NCBI GenBank assembly: GCA_026988445.1
Contig: JALSLF010000644.1
Coordinates: 1-28,830 of the forward strand
Origin: Bacteroidales bacterium
Lineage (GTDB): Bacteria; Bacteroidota; Bacteroidia; Bacteroidales; NBLH01
Length of the DNA: 28,830 nucleotides
Reading direction: 5' to 3'
Positions 17,533-26,511 of the stretch are shown here, one piece after another. Every line of letters starts with the position of its first letter. Within the stretch, counting starts at the first letter, position 1. Under the pieces are notes generated by a model that did no database searches, was not told the origin of the DNA, and saw only the letters and a program-made list of their open reading frames with translations. Made by a program: the position numbers and the translations under genes.

Positions 17533-18159
17533 TTAATAAGAAATAGTATCCGCTAAATGATTGTAATTACTGTCAATTTTGTTATTCTCATTGTCCGGTA
17601 GGAAAATGGGTTTGGGTTCTTTGATTTGCTCAATGTCCTTTATGTTAAAATAGTCTTCGATTAAAGCAATTAATTCCCTGTTTGAAAACATTCCAAACTC
17701 AATTATCGGTTCTTTTGTTCCGTCAGTAATAATTTCGCCCATGATTTGATCTTCCCGAATACGATTAAAGCTAATCGTTTGTCCGTTTTTTAATTTTATC
17801 AGAAATCGTTTATTCCGGGCTAGCTCAGATTGAATATTGTGTTTTGCTAAAATTTTGCGAAAATTTTCTGCCTGACGCATGAAATTATTAAATAGCATAT
17901 CGGTTTCGTAACGGTAACTGCTTCCTAACTCTCTGTTTAGTTTTTCCATTTCTTTTTTACTTACAATGAAAAAAATAACTGATTTTCCTTCAATAATATA
18001 AAGTTCATTTGCAGGATCCTTGTTTTCAATAACAAGTGTATCATCCAGCTTCAATTCTTCTTTTGTGAAAATTGAATTACCGTTATTATTACCGGTTTGG
18101 CATGATAGCATGAACAAACTTCCTAAATAAATCCATTTATGTAGATGTTTAATTTGCAT
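17533..18159 (-). CDS. Hypothetical lipoprotein
   Basis: 208-aa ORF with a short N-terminal hydrophobic stretch and lipobox LSC; no recognisable family. Confidence 0.7.
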   Translation of the reverse strand: MQIKHLHKWIYLGSLFMLSCQTGNNNGNSIFTKEELKLDDTLVIENKDPANELYIIEGKSVIFFIVSKKEMEKLNRELGSSYRYETDMLFNNFMRQAENFRKILAKHNIQSELARNKRFLIKLKNGQTISFNRIREDQIMGEIITDGTKEPIIEFGMFSNRELIALIEDYFNIKDIEQIKEPKPIFLPDNENNKIDSNYNHLADTISY

Positions 18160-18205
18160 TGTAAGTACTTAAAGTATCACAAAAAGTAACAAAAATTGAT
18201 TTTAA

Positions 18206-18365
18206 CCTAAATTGAGCACTTATCTACTCTAATAAGTACCAACCTGTTGATTTAAAAAGGTTTACAAAAAAAAGACGCTTGTACCGGAAGGTATTCTTAC
18301 TTTTTTCTAAACTTTTTATCTCAATATCGTGGCACTACTTTTTGTTCATAATCGCTCTATTTAGG
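18206..18365. mobile_element. MITE copy 3 (160 bp)
   Basis: TIRs match at 15/18. About 84% identical to copy 2 by manual alignment (135/161), same orientation. Flanked by TTTAA (18201-18205, 18366-18370). Confidence 0.9.
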
Positions 18366-18377
18366 TTTAAAGAGTAG

Positions 18378-18746
18378 CTATTTACTGAAAATCATTTTTA
18401 AAGCAACCAATAACATAAAAATACCAAAAGATTTACGCATGATTTTTTCAGGCATCATAATCGAAAATTTTGAACCAAAATATCCTCCAATCATAAAAGT
18501 AATGGCTAAAACCAAAGCAACTTTAACATCAATATAGCCCTGCTTATAAAAATTTGATGCAGCAATTATCATAACGGGCAGGGTCATTAAAGCCAAACTT
18601 GTTCCTTGTGCCTGATGTAGAGAAAATCCTATAAAAAATACCAGTGCGGGAACAATTATGATACCTCCGCCAACCCCCATGCTTCCACTTAAAAAGCCGG
18701 CTGCTAAACCGATTATTAAAATAATAAATATATCTTGCATCCTCAT
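18378..18746 (-). CDS. TSUP family (TauE/SafE sulfite exporter-like) membrane protein, single-repeat size
   Basis: IGLAAGFLSGSMGVGGGIIIVPAL, HQAQGTSL and GGYFGSK motifs. Confidence 0.85.
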   Translation of the reverse strand: MRMQDIFIILIIGLAAGFLSGSMGVGGGIIIVPALVFFIGFSLHQAQGTSLALMTLPVMIIAASNFYKQGYIDVKVALVLAITFMIGGYFGSKFSIMMPEKIMRKSFGIFMLLVALKMIFSK

Positions 18747-18767
18747 GCTTTATTAATAATGGTAGAA

Positions 18768-21700
18768 TTAAAAATCTAAACTCAAAGAAAAATAAAAGAC
18801 CATTGGTAAAATAACGCCGGTATCAATTCCCCATGCCCAATCTGCTCGAACAAAATACCCTAAAAGTTTTGAACGTAAGCCAAAACCATAACCATAAATA
18901 AAAGGAGAACGGTTTTTGTTGATAATAATTCTTATAGGATTGTTATCAATAATTTCTTCATTGTAAGCATTATCGTCTTGCCACGGGTGAAGTCCCGACC
19001 AAGCACTTCCCACGTCACCAAAAGCTACAATTTGGAAATTATTGATGAACTGTGAGTTTAAAGTTCTGTTTGCCAGATATTGAAAAACGGGCCAGCGAAT
19101 TTCTGCGTTAGCTAAAACAAACTTGGTTCCGTTTCGGGCATTTTGTACAAAACCTCTCATATCGGTTGCTACTGCCTGAAAAATGTAATTTTCATTAGGA
19201 TCTATTCTAACTGATTGGTCAAATGTGGGTACATCTATTGAAAAGTTCATCCAATTATCAACACTTCCAAGGTAGTATAGTAATTTTCCCGTTCCCCAAG
19301 ATGCACTTGTTGCAATTCTTCCTGCAAAAATTAAGCTACGGTGAATGGGCTGGTAATACCTGAAATCAGCACCCCAAATATAAGTTTGTTCAGTGGTTGG
19401 CGATATTCCCTGATAATACTCTCCAAAAACTTTAAAGCGCAAACCATTATATATATTAATACTTCGTTCTATTGTATTATCAAAAACATATTCCAGCTTT
19501 AATCCACCCAAATAACGGTAAACATCTTTTTCGGTTAAAGTTTGCGGAATATAATACGCTAAAACAATACCTCTATCAGAGCGTCCGCTAATCATTCCAC
19601 GAATAGAACTTACTTGATTAAAAGGGTAAGACAGGCGAAATTTTAGTTCGTTGGTAATTAATTTATAGGGTACAAAGCCTTCGGTGAAATTAGTTACCGA
19701 AAGCCGGTGATAAATATACTGTTTATCCCATCTTTTTTTTAAGTCCTCAACACTCAGCAAATATTCATAACTGTTAAAATCTCCTGCAAAACGAAAACCA
19801 CCAGTTATACGATAATCCTCAAACAAATCGTTAACCCCTATTTTTGTTAATACATTAAAACCGGGATTAAAATAATAAGCTCCGGGAACATAAGCTTGAT
19901 AACTATCGTTTAAAAAACCAAAATCAACTTGTGAAACCATAGTGTTCCGGTAAAATGAGGTTAAATATATTTTTTGTTCGGGCCATTCGGGTTTTTGGTT
20001 CTTATTTTCGGTATAAGCTGTATCTGTACCGTAAACAATGTGGTAGGGGTTTTCTTTTTCACGCTCAAAAACGTAATAATTGATATCTACCAAAACACTG
20101 TCGGGATGAGGAACTAAGTGATTTCTGGCTAAACTGTCTCTAATTTCTTGGCGTCTGATTTCTTCTTGAATCTTTACTTGTTTTAAACTATCTTGCTTAT
20201 GAAACCATCTGTTTTTGTTTTTGCGGTAAACCGTAGGTTTAAGCCGGATGTTTTGTTCGCTTTGTTCATATTCATACAAATAGTCTTGCCCCATATAATG
20301 CATTATTTCCAGCGTTTCATTATTGGTATTATCTACATCGTAATAGTTAATGTTTCGTCTATTGTTACTTACCGGATATTTGTTGGTGTAATACCGGTAA
20401 TGTGTAGTTGTATCAATAAAACTGATGGTACTGTCATGGGTCGCTAAAAAGCGGTTATAGATTCCGTTCTCATCACTCAAATAAGTATAGGTGTTTTTTT
20501 TGATACCAATGGGCATTTTTTCACTAAAAAATGGTGTGTTGGTAATGTTTTGCAGTACTTTTGACTGCTTTTTTAAATCGTAAACATATAGGTCATATGT
20601 CGAAGATAGTTTTGGGTTTACTGATTTGTCTATCTTTAAGGTGTCGCTTAATCGGTTTGATGCAAAAATAATTTTTGTACCCTTATCAATTAATTTAGGA
20701 TGTAAATCATCGGCAATGTCATTGGTTATTCTTTTTGCCGCATTTGCCGAAAGGTTAAAAACAAATATATCTGTTTGTCCGTTAACTACCCCTGAAACAG
20801 CCATGTCCAAACCGGTTTCCGAATAAGAAAAATCCAATATCTTATCAAAAAATACCATGTTGCGTTTTTTTATCTCCCCGGTTTCGGTCATGTAAAAATT
20901 CATAAATAGTTTACCCTGTTCTTCCGAAACATAGGCAAGTATTTTACCCGAAGGATGCCAAGCCAAAACAGGATACGAATAATCAACAATTTGACGCAAA
21001 CGATGTTCTAAACGTATTATTTTTTTTGCTTTTTGGGTTTGAGTATCGTAAATATAGATTTTTCGTTTGCCCGAATAGTTGGTTACATAGGCAACGTATC
21101 GTTTATCAGGACTGTATTTAACCTGTTGATAAACACGCTTTTTTTTTGGTTTAAATAAACGGTCTTCTTTTTTGATTTCAGAGGTTCCTTCTGTATCGTG
21201 TGCATATCTTTTTTTATAATAATCAAGCCACATATATTCTAAGGAAGGCATATCGGCACCCAAAACATACACAAAGCCATTTTCGGGACTCTTGTTAATA
21301 CGCGTTAAATAAATAATGTTTGAAATAACTGCCTCTCCATAGTATTTTACAATAAAATTCCAAACTGCATGACCGGCATCTATTGCTTCTTGATCTTGTA
21401 ATTGGTTGATTTTTTTTAATTTTCCTCGTTCCAGCAAATCTTTTGTACGGTCGTCCATCGCTGTGCTCCAATCTTCTGCCAAATAGGCTACTAATCCTTT
21501 TGTAAACCATTTGGGCAAATTCATTAAAGCGGCAGAGCCTACTTTTTCTTTAAAGTTTCCGCCATACAACATATTAATTAGAAAAACTTCTGCAAGGGCT
21601 GCTCTAATTTGTTTTCTGAATTGATTATGGTCTCCTTCGTAATAAATAAAAACCTTATTATCAATAATCCGGGCAGTACCACCAATGTTAGTATTTTCAT

Positions 21701-22031
21701 TTCCCGATATCAAGCCTATATTACTTTGTTTAAATTCAGAATGTTTGTTGTAAATAATAAAAATAATTCGGCGTTGCAGGTTATGACTAAAAAATCGTTC
21801 AAAATTCTTCAATTCTTCATCGATAACTTTGGCTGCATTTCTTGCAAGGTTTCTACCCCCTGCATAAAAGTAGGTATCAAATCTTTTAAAGCGATAATAC
21901 TCCCAGTAAAAATTATTGTATTGAACTCTATTTTTGCCAAAGGTCATTCTATGCCCATTATAAAACTGGGCTTTTAAAGCTGTCGGAAAGATCAGTGCTA
22001 AAATTATTATGATGTAAAGATATTTTTTCAA
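18768..22031 (-). CDS. Omp85/BamA-superfamily outer-membrane protein with an N-terminal peptidase-like domain and a TolB/WD40-like propeller
   Basis: Signal peptide ending LKA-Q, FGKNRVQY start and PD40-like repeats (YSPDKRYVAYVT, WHPSGKILAY). C-terminal barrel with MRGF loop-6 motif, ANAEIRWP and terminal YFSLSLDF. Confidence 0.8.
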   Translation of the reverse strand: MKKYLYIIIILALIFPTALKAQFYNGHRMTFGKNRVQYNNFYWEYYRFKRFDTYFYAGGRNLARNAAKVIDEELKNFERFFSHNLQRRIIFIIYNKHSEFKQSNIGLISGNENTNIGGTARIIDNKVFIYYEGDHNQFRKQIRAALAEVFLINMLYGGNFKEKVGSAALMNLPKWFTKGLVAYLAEDWSTAMDDRTKDLLERGKLKKINQLQDQEAIDAGHAVWNFIVKYYGEAVISNIIYLTRINKSPENGFVYVLGADMPSLEYMWLDYYKKRYAHDTEGTSEIKKEDRLFKPKKKRVYQQVKYSPDKRYVAYVTNYSGKRKIYIYDTQTQKAKKIIRLEHRLRQIVDYSYPVLAWHPSGKILAYVSEEQGKLFMNFYMTETGEIKKRNMVFFDKILDFSYSETGLDMAVSGVVNGQTDIFVFNLSANAAKRITNDIADDLHPKLIDKGTKIIFASNRLSDTLKIDKSVNPKLSSTYDLYVYDLKKQSKVLQNITNTPFFSEKMPIGIKKNTYTYLSDENGIYNRFLATHDSTISFIDTTTHYRYYTNKYPVSNNRRNINYYDVDNTNNETLEIMHYMGQDYLYEYEQSEQNIRLKPTVYRKNKNRWFHKQDSLKQVKIQEEIRRQEIRDSLARNHLVPHPDSVLVDINYYVFEREKENPYHIVYGTDTAYTENKNQKPEWPEQKIYLTSFYRNTMVSQVDFGFLNDSYQAYVPGAYYFNPGFNVLTKIGVNDLFEDYRITGGFRFAGDFNSYEYLLSVEDLKKRWDKQYIYHRLSVTNFTEGFVPYKLITNELKFRLSYPFNQVSSIRGMISGRSDRGIVLAYYIPQTLTEKDVYRYLGGLKLEYVFDNTIERSINIYNGLRFKVFGEYYQGISPTTEQTYIWGADFRYYQPIHRSLIFAGRIATSASWGTGKLLYYLGSVDNWMNFSIDVPTFDQSVRIDPNENYIFQAVATDMRGFVQNARNGTKFVLANAEIRWPVFQYLANRTLNSQFINNFQIVAFGDVGSAWSGLHPWQDDNAYNEEIIDNNPIRIIINKNRSPFIYGYGFGLRSKLLGYFVRADWAWGIDTGVILPMVFYFSLSLDF

Positions 22032-22208
22032 TTTTTGTAAATTATATTATCATTTAACGTGTAAAAATAAAAATAATTATTAAGCTTTGAATAATACCTT
22101 GATTGATTTTTTGTTAAAATCTTATGTTTGTTTTAATTGTGGTTGTGTAAGATACTGTACTGTAATAGATTGTGTTTGAGTTGAGAGCTTTTCTAATATA
22201 GATAAAAT

Positions 22209-22246
22209 AAAAAAAGCGTTACTCTAAAACAGAATAACGCTTTTTT
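22209..22246 (-). terminator. Intrinsic terminator downstream of the TonB-dependent receptor gene
   Basis: AAAAAAAGCGTTA...TAACGCTTTTTT hairpin, with A/T tracts on both sides. Confidence 0.75.
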
Positions 22247-22247
22247 A

Positions 22248-22293
22248 CCTAAATGATTTGTGATTTTCAAAGTTTACAATCGCTTAATTTAGG
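22248..22293. mobile_element. 46-bp internally deleted MITE (copy 4)
   Basis: CCTAAAT-GATTTGTGATTTTCAAAGTTTACAATCGCTTAATTTAGG is nearly identical to the last ~43 bp of copy 1. Flanked by TTTTA (22243-22247, 22294-22298). Confidence 0.8.
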
Positions 22294-22314
22294 TTTTAAC
22301 CATTAAAAATTATC

Positions 22315-25300
22315 CTAATGGAAAATCCAGCGAATACCAATTTGTAATTGCCATTTAGAAATAATTGAAACATCATCAATATAAGTTTCTTTTAAATTAG
22401 TATCAAAACTAAAATAAGGAACATTATTGTTATCTAACCCATTTACAGTTAGTAAGTTGGTTGTGGCCGGTATTTGTCTGATTCCCCAATTGGAATTCAA
22501 CATATTTCCAATATTCAATACGTCAAAACTTAGTCTTAAAGTATTGGTTTTTTCGCCGCTTTTGATTTTAAAATCTTGCATAAATTTAAAATCTACCTGA
22601 GTAAACCAAGGTTGCATTGCTCCATTACGCTCTGCATATTCGCCTCTGTGTTCGCTTAAATAAGGATCTTGTTCAATAAATGCATCAAGGGCAGCCCATT
22701 GTTCGGCAGCATCAGCTGCTGGAACACCGTTTCCGTTATTTACAGTTCCAAAATTAATATCCGATTGATTTTCAGGAATATATAAAAGGTCATTGTTTAC
22801 AATACCGTCTTGGTTTAAATCACCTACATAAGTGTACGAATAACGATTGCCTTTACCGGTTTCCCAGAACAAAGCAAATGATGAAGCCATATTTTTATAC
22901 TCATGCTGATACATTAATGTAGCTATTATTCTGTGTTTTAAGCCATAACGTGAGTATGAATACATGGGTTGATTTGGGTCGCCAACAACAGGGTTTCGTT
23001 GGAATGCATCGGCAGCAATTTCAGCAGGAATTGAAGTATAATCTTTTGATTGCATGTAAGTATATGATGCATTTGCATATAAACCAAAATCAAAAGATTT
23101 TTTTAACTGTCCCGTTAATGAATATTGTGCACCTTCTTTTACATTATCCATAACAATTACACCTGCGTCAAGAAATCCGATAGCATCCGCACTTGAAGCA
23201 TAAATATGAGTTTCATTAAATCCTGCAAATACCGCTCTATTATCTCCGGTTCCGCTAAGTTGTGCAGAAGGTTTCATCATATCATAATTACGGTGAACTA
23301 CTGCATTTATATCTTTTGAATAAATTCCTTCAAACGAGAAAATCCAGTTATCGGCAAATTTATAATCAACCGCTAAATCACTTTTCCAAACTTGTGGAAA
23401 TTTAAATCCTTCGGAAGTTGAATTAATTTGGAATGTATAGCCGGGGTACATTTTAGAGTTAGACGCTTGGTTGCCTAACCAAACAAAGGGTACCCTTCCT
23501 GAGAAAATACCTGTACCGCCGCGAAGCATTAAAGTTTGGTCGCCTTTTGTATCCCAGTTAAATCCAAAACGCGGAGCCCATAATAAATTAGCATCGGGCC
23601 ATTTTGAAGGATCTACTTTTACCGAATTACCGTCTTCATCTACCCAGCCGTTAAAGTTTTGGATAGTTGGGTCCGGCTCTAAGCTGTTTAAATAAACAGG
23701 AACATCTACACGCAAACCGAATGTTAAGTTTAAATTATCGGTAGCCGAGAACTCATCTTGAATATAGAAACCTAATTGTGCAACATCAACATAAGACCAA
23801 GCATATGGGGTTTGTTCACTATTGCTAATCATTCCGGGAATATCCGAGGGTGTAACAGGAGCTCCCGTAAGCATATTAACTAAATTGTCGTTTAAGAAAT
23901 CCTGTACGGAAAAAGCAGCTACCCAAGGATAGTAAAACAGATTAAATGAGTTTTCAAACTTAAAAATCTCTACATTAACGCCTGCTGTTAATGTATGTTT
24001 GTTCATGTAATAACTAAAGTTATCCGTAAACTGAAATACATTTTGATTAAGAATATTATGTGTTGAAAACATTTCAGAACCGGCGGTAATAGCCAGATTA
24101 CCATTTGCATCAAAAATATCTACAACAGGGAATGGTACAGATTTGGGTTCTCTGTGGTCACGAAAAGCAGTGTAGCCAACCAGTAATTTATTGGAAAATT
24201 TACTTCCAAAACGGGAGTTCAACTCAGAAACAACCGAGTTTATTTTGTTAAAAATACGATAGGAAGAATTTTCAAAAGGCAAGCGAAAACTTGTAGGTCC
24301 ACGCCCGATAATTGCTTCCGGGTGAGGAAGAATGTCTTTCCATGCATTTAAATAATTATATCGTATGGTAAAATGGTGCTTGTCGCTTATATTCCAATCC
24401 AATTTAGCCAAAACTTTATCGTTGGATGTTTTATGATTGTAGCCTTCGTAAGCACCGGGGTCATACCCCCAAACATCTCTGAAATGTTGCTGAACTGCTT
24501 CAATATCCGATCTCAAAACAGAAGTAACATTAGGGTCGGTTTGTCCTGCGTCGTCTCGCGCAACAAAGCCATGAGCAAGTTCTTCTTTACGCTCACTTTC
24601 AGCATTAATAAAGAAAAACAGTTTGTTTTTTATAATAGGTCCTCCAACACGAAATCCGTATAATTTGGTATTGAAATCCAAATTTGGAACTTTTGTATCT
24701 CCTACTTTGTCCCCAATCATCGCTTCGTTACGGAAATAGTAGTAAACAGATGCATCAATATTGTTTGTTCCCGAGCGGGTTACTGCATTTACGCCGGCAC
24801 CTGTAAAACCACCTTCACGTACATCAAAAGGTGCTAAGGATACTTGAATTTGCTCAATGGCATCTAATGAAACCGGTTGTGCATCGGCTTGACCTCCCGG
24901 TGTGGCATAATCCAAACCAAAAGAATTGTTGAAAATAGAACCATCCAGCGAGAAGTTATTGTAAAGATTGTTTCTCCCGCCAAAACTATTCCCGTCCGAT
25001 TGGGGCGTTAATCGCGTAAAATCTTTTTGTCCTCGCGAAATGGTGGGCAGGCTGTTAATTTCTTTACTTTTAATAAAGGTTTCTGCACCGGTTCTTTCGG
25101 TGCTCATGTCGTTACCTTTATCATAGCTAACGGTAACCTCTTCTATTTGCAAGTCCGATTGTTTTAACACAAAGCTTAACTGCAAAGTTTGGTTCAGGTT
25201 TAGGTAAATTCCTGATTGTTCTTTCTTTGCATAACCGATAGAGCTAATAATTACTTTATAAGGACCTCCCACTCGGACTCCTGCGATGGTAAATCTTCCA

Positions 25301-25497
25301 TCTTGTAGGGTCATGGTTCCATACTGCGAGCCTGATGGTTCGTGAATTAAAATAACGTTTGCATTTTCCAAAGGGTTTCCTTTGTCATCTACAACTTTTC
25401 CTCTAAGGGCTGCCGTGGTTGCTCCCTGTCCCCATGCCATACTGCTTATGAGTATTAAGGCAAGTAAGGAAGTAATGAACTTAAAACTTTTAAACAT
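22315..25497 (-). CDS. TonB-dependent receptor, Oar-like (N-terminal carboxypeptidase-regulatory-like domain)
   Basis: Signal peptide ending AWG-Q. Motifs RVGGPYKV, NNFSLDG..FNNSFGL, VSLDAIEQIQV..APFDVREGGFTGAGVNAVTRSGTN, GGPIIKNKLFFF and PRFGFNWD; terminal WQLQIGIRWIFH. Confidence 0.92.
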   Translation of the reverse strand: MFKSFKFITSLLALILISSMAWGQGATTAALRGKVVDDKGNPLENANVILIHEPSGSQYGTMTLQDGRFTIAGVRVGGPYKVIISSIGYAKKEQSGIYLNLNQTLQLSFVLKQSDLQIEEVTVSYDKGNDMSTERTGAETFIKSKEINSLPTISRGQKDFTRLTPQSDGNSFGGRNNLYNNFSLDGSIFNNSFGLDYATPGGQADAQPVSLDAIEQIQVSLAPFDVREGGFTGAGVNAVTRSGTNNIDASVYYYFRNEAMIGDKVGDTKVPNLDFNTKLYGFRVGGPIIKNKLFFFINAESERKEELAHGFVARDDAGQTDPNVTSVLRSDIEAVQQHFRDVWGYDPGAYEGYNHKTSNDKVLAKLDWNISDKHHFTIRYNYLNAWKDILPHPEAIIGRGPTSFRLPFENSSYRIFNKINSVVSELNSRFGSKFSNKLLVGYTAFRDHREPKSVPFPVVDIFDANGNLAITAGSEMFSTHNILNQNVFQFTDNFSYYMNKHTLTAGVNVEIFKFENSFNLFYYPWVAAFSVQDFLNDNLVNMLTGAPVTPSDIPGMISNSEQTPYAWSYVDVAQLGFYIQDEFSATDNLNLTFGLRVDVPVYLNSLEPDPTIQNFNGWVDEDGNSVKVDPSKWPDANLLWAPRFGFNWDTKGDQTLMLRGGTGIFSGRVPFVWLGNQASNSKMYPGYTFQINSTSEGFKFPQVWKSDLAVDYKFADNWIFSFEGIYSKDINAVVHRNYDMMKPSAQLSGTGDNRAVFAGFNETHIYASSADAIGFLDAGVIVMDNVKEGAQYSLTGQLKKSFDFGLYANASYTYMQSKDYTSIPAEIAADAFQRNPVVGDPNQPMYSYSRYGLKHRIIATLMYQHEYKNMASSFALFWETGKGNRYSYTYVGDLNQDGIVNNDLLYIPENQSDINFGTVNNGNGVPAADAAEQWAALDAFIEQDPYLSEHRGEYAERNGAMQPWFTQVDFKFMQDFKIKSGEKTNTLRLSFDVLNIGNMLNSNWGIRQIPATTNLLTVNGLDNNNVPYFSFDTNLKETYIDDVSIISKWQLQIGIRWIFH

Positions 25498-25529
25498 AAT
25501 AATACTTTTTAGGTTAGTAAAAAAGGACT

Positions 25530-25537
25530 CAAATATA
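25530..25537 (-). promoter_or_regulatory. Bacteroidota -7 box for the TonB-dependent receptor
   Basis: Minus strand reads TATATTTG, about 32 nt upstream of the ATG. Confidence 0.55.
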
Positions 25538-25609
25538 AATAATATTGTAAAAATATATTTATCCGATTATTTTAATTATTAAATACTTATTAACAATAAA
25601 TTTCTTCTA

Positions 25610-26407
25610 TTATTTGTAATCAGTAATAAAGGATATAATACTTAATACTGCACAATGATCAGAGGCTATTTTATCGCATATCACTTTATATTTTGATATT
25701 TCCCAAGAATTTTTCGGTTTAAAAAATATATAGTCAATGGTTCTCTCAGGTTTATCCGAAGGGTAAGTTGAAATATCTTTATCACCGGAACAAGAGGTCC
25801 AAACTTTTTTTAAAATTTTTATTTCTTCACTTTCAGGGCTTGCATTAAAATCACCGGCAAGAATTGTCGGATAATCATTTTTGTCAAATAATTGTCTGAT
25901 TCTTTTTATTTGATTTATCCGGTCGTTTGAGTTTTTTGTATGATCAAGATGCGTGGTAACAAAGCGTACCGTATCCCCTGTATTTAGTTCAAATAATATT
26001 TCTAAAGCAGCACGTGGCTCGTAACCTTCGGAATAGGGCAATAAATGATTTTGGGTTTTAATAAAAGTATATTTTGATAAAATACCTAAACCATATTCGC
26101 CACCATCGTAATACATAGCTCTTCCAAACAAGGGAATTAAATCTGTTAATTTTGCCAATTCAGTAGCTAAATCCATTTTTCGGCTACGCTTTGTTTTATA
26201 ATCTACTTCTTGGAGTGCAACCAAATCAGGGTTTACTGAGTTTATTAATTGTGCTATTTTATTCAAATCAAAATCATTATTCATAGTAGCACCATGATAA
26301 ATGTTGAAAGTAAGTATCCTTAATTGTGTGTTTGTTTTTTGCGATAACGAGTTTAAGGGTATTAAAACAATGAACGATAAAATAAATATTTTGATAAACT
26401 TTTTCAT
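25610..26407 (-). CDS. Exported endonuclease/exonuclease/phosphatase (EEP) family protein
   Basis: Signal peptide ending SLS-Q; TFNI, LQEVD, TTHLD, AGDFN, IDYIF and SDH motifs. Confidence 0.9.
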   Translation of the reverse strand: MKKFIKIFILSFIVLIPLNSLSQKTNTQLRILTFNIYHGATMNNDFDLNKIAQLINSVNPDLVALQEVDYKTKRSRKMDLATELAKLTDLIPLFGRAMYYDGGEYGLGILSKYTFIKTQNHLLPYSEGYEPRAALEILFELNTGDTVRFVTTHLDHTKNSNDRINQIKRIRQLFDKNDYPTILAGDFNASPESEEIKILKKVWTSCSGDKDISTYPSDKPERTIDYIFFKPKNSWEISKYKVICDKIASDHCAVLSIISFITDYK

Positions 26408-26477
26408 AATTATTTAAAAAATTCTGCGTTTATTGTGTTGTTTTGCTCTTAGACATATAAAAGTAAAATATTTCTTT

Positions 26478-26485
26478 TAAATTTG
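26478..26485 (+). promoter_or_regulatory. Bacteroidota -7 box for the DUF1573 gene
   Basis: TAAATTTGC, 26 nt upstream of ATG 26512. Confidence 0.6.
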
Positions 26486-26511
26486 CTGAAAAATAACTAA
26501 TAAAAAATATT

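Noticed and set aside
108-25582. Short antisense or nested ORFs in the track (e.g. 108-497, 3118-3366, 9633-9992, 11381-11740, 20193-20447, 21609-21977, 24373-24663, 25382-25582)
   Set aside because: They lie opposite or within well-supported genes and show no protein motifs; they are shadow ORFs.
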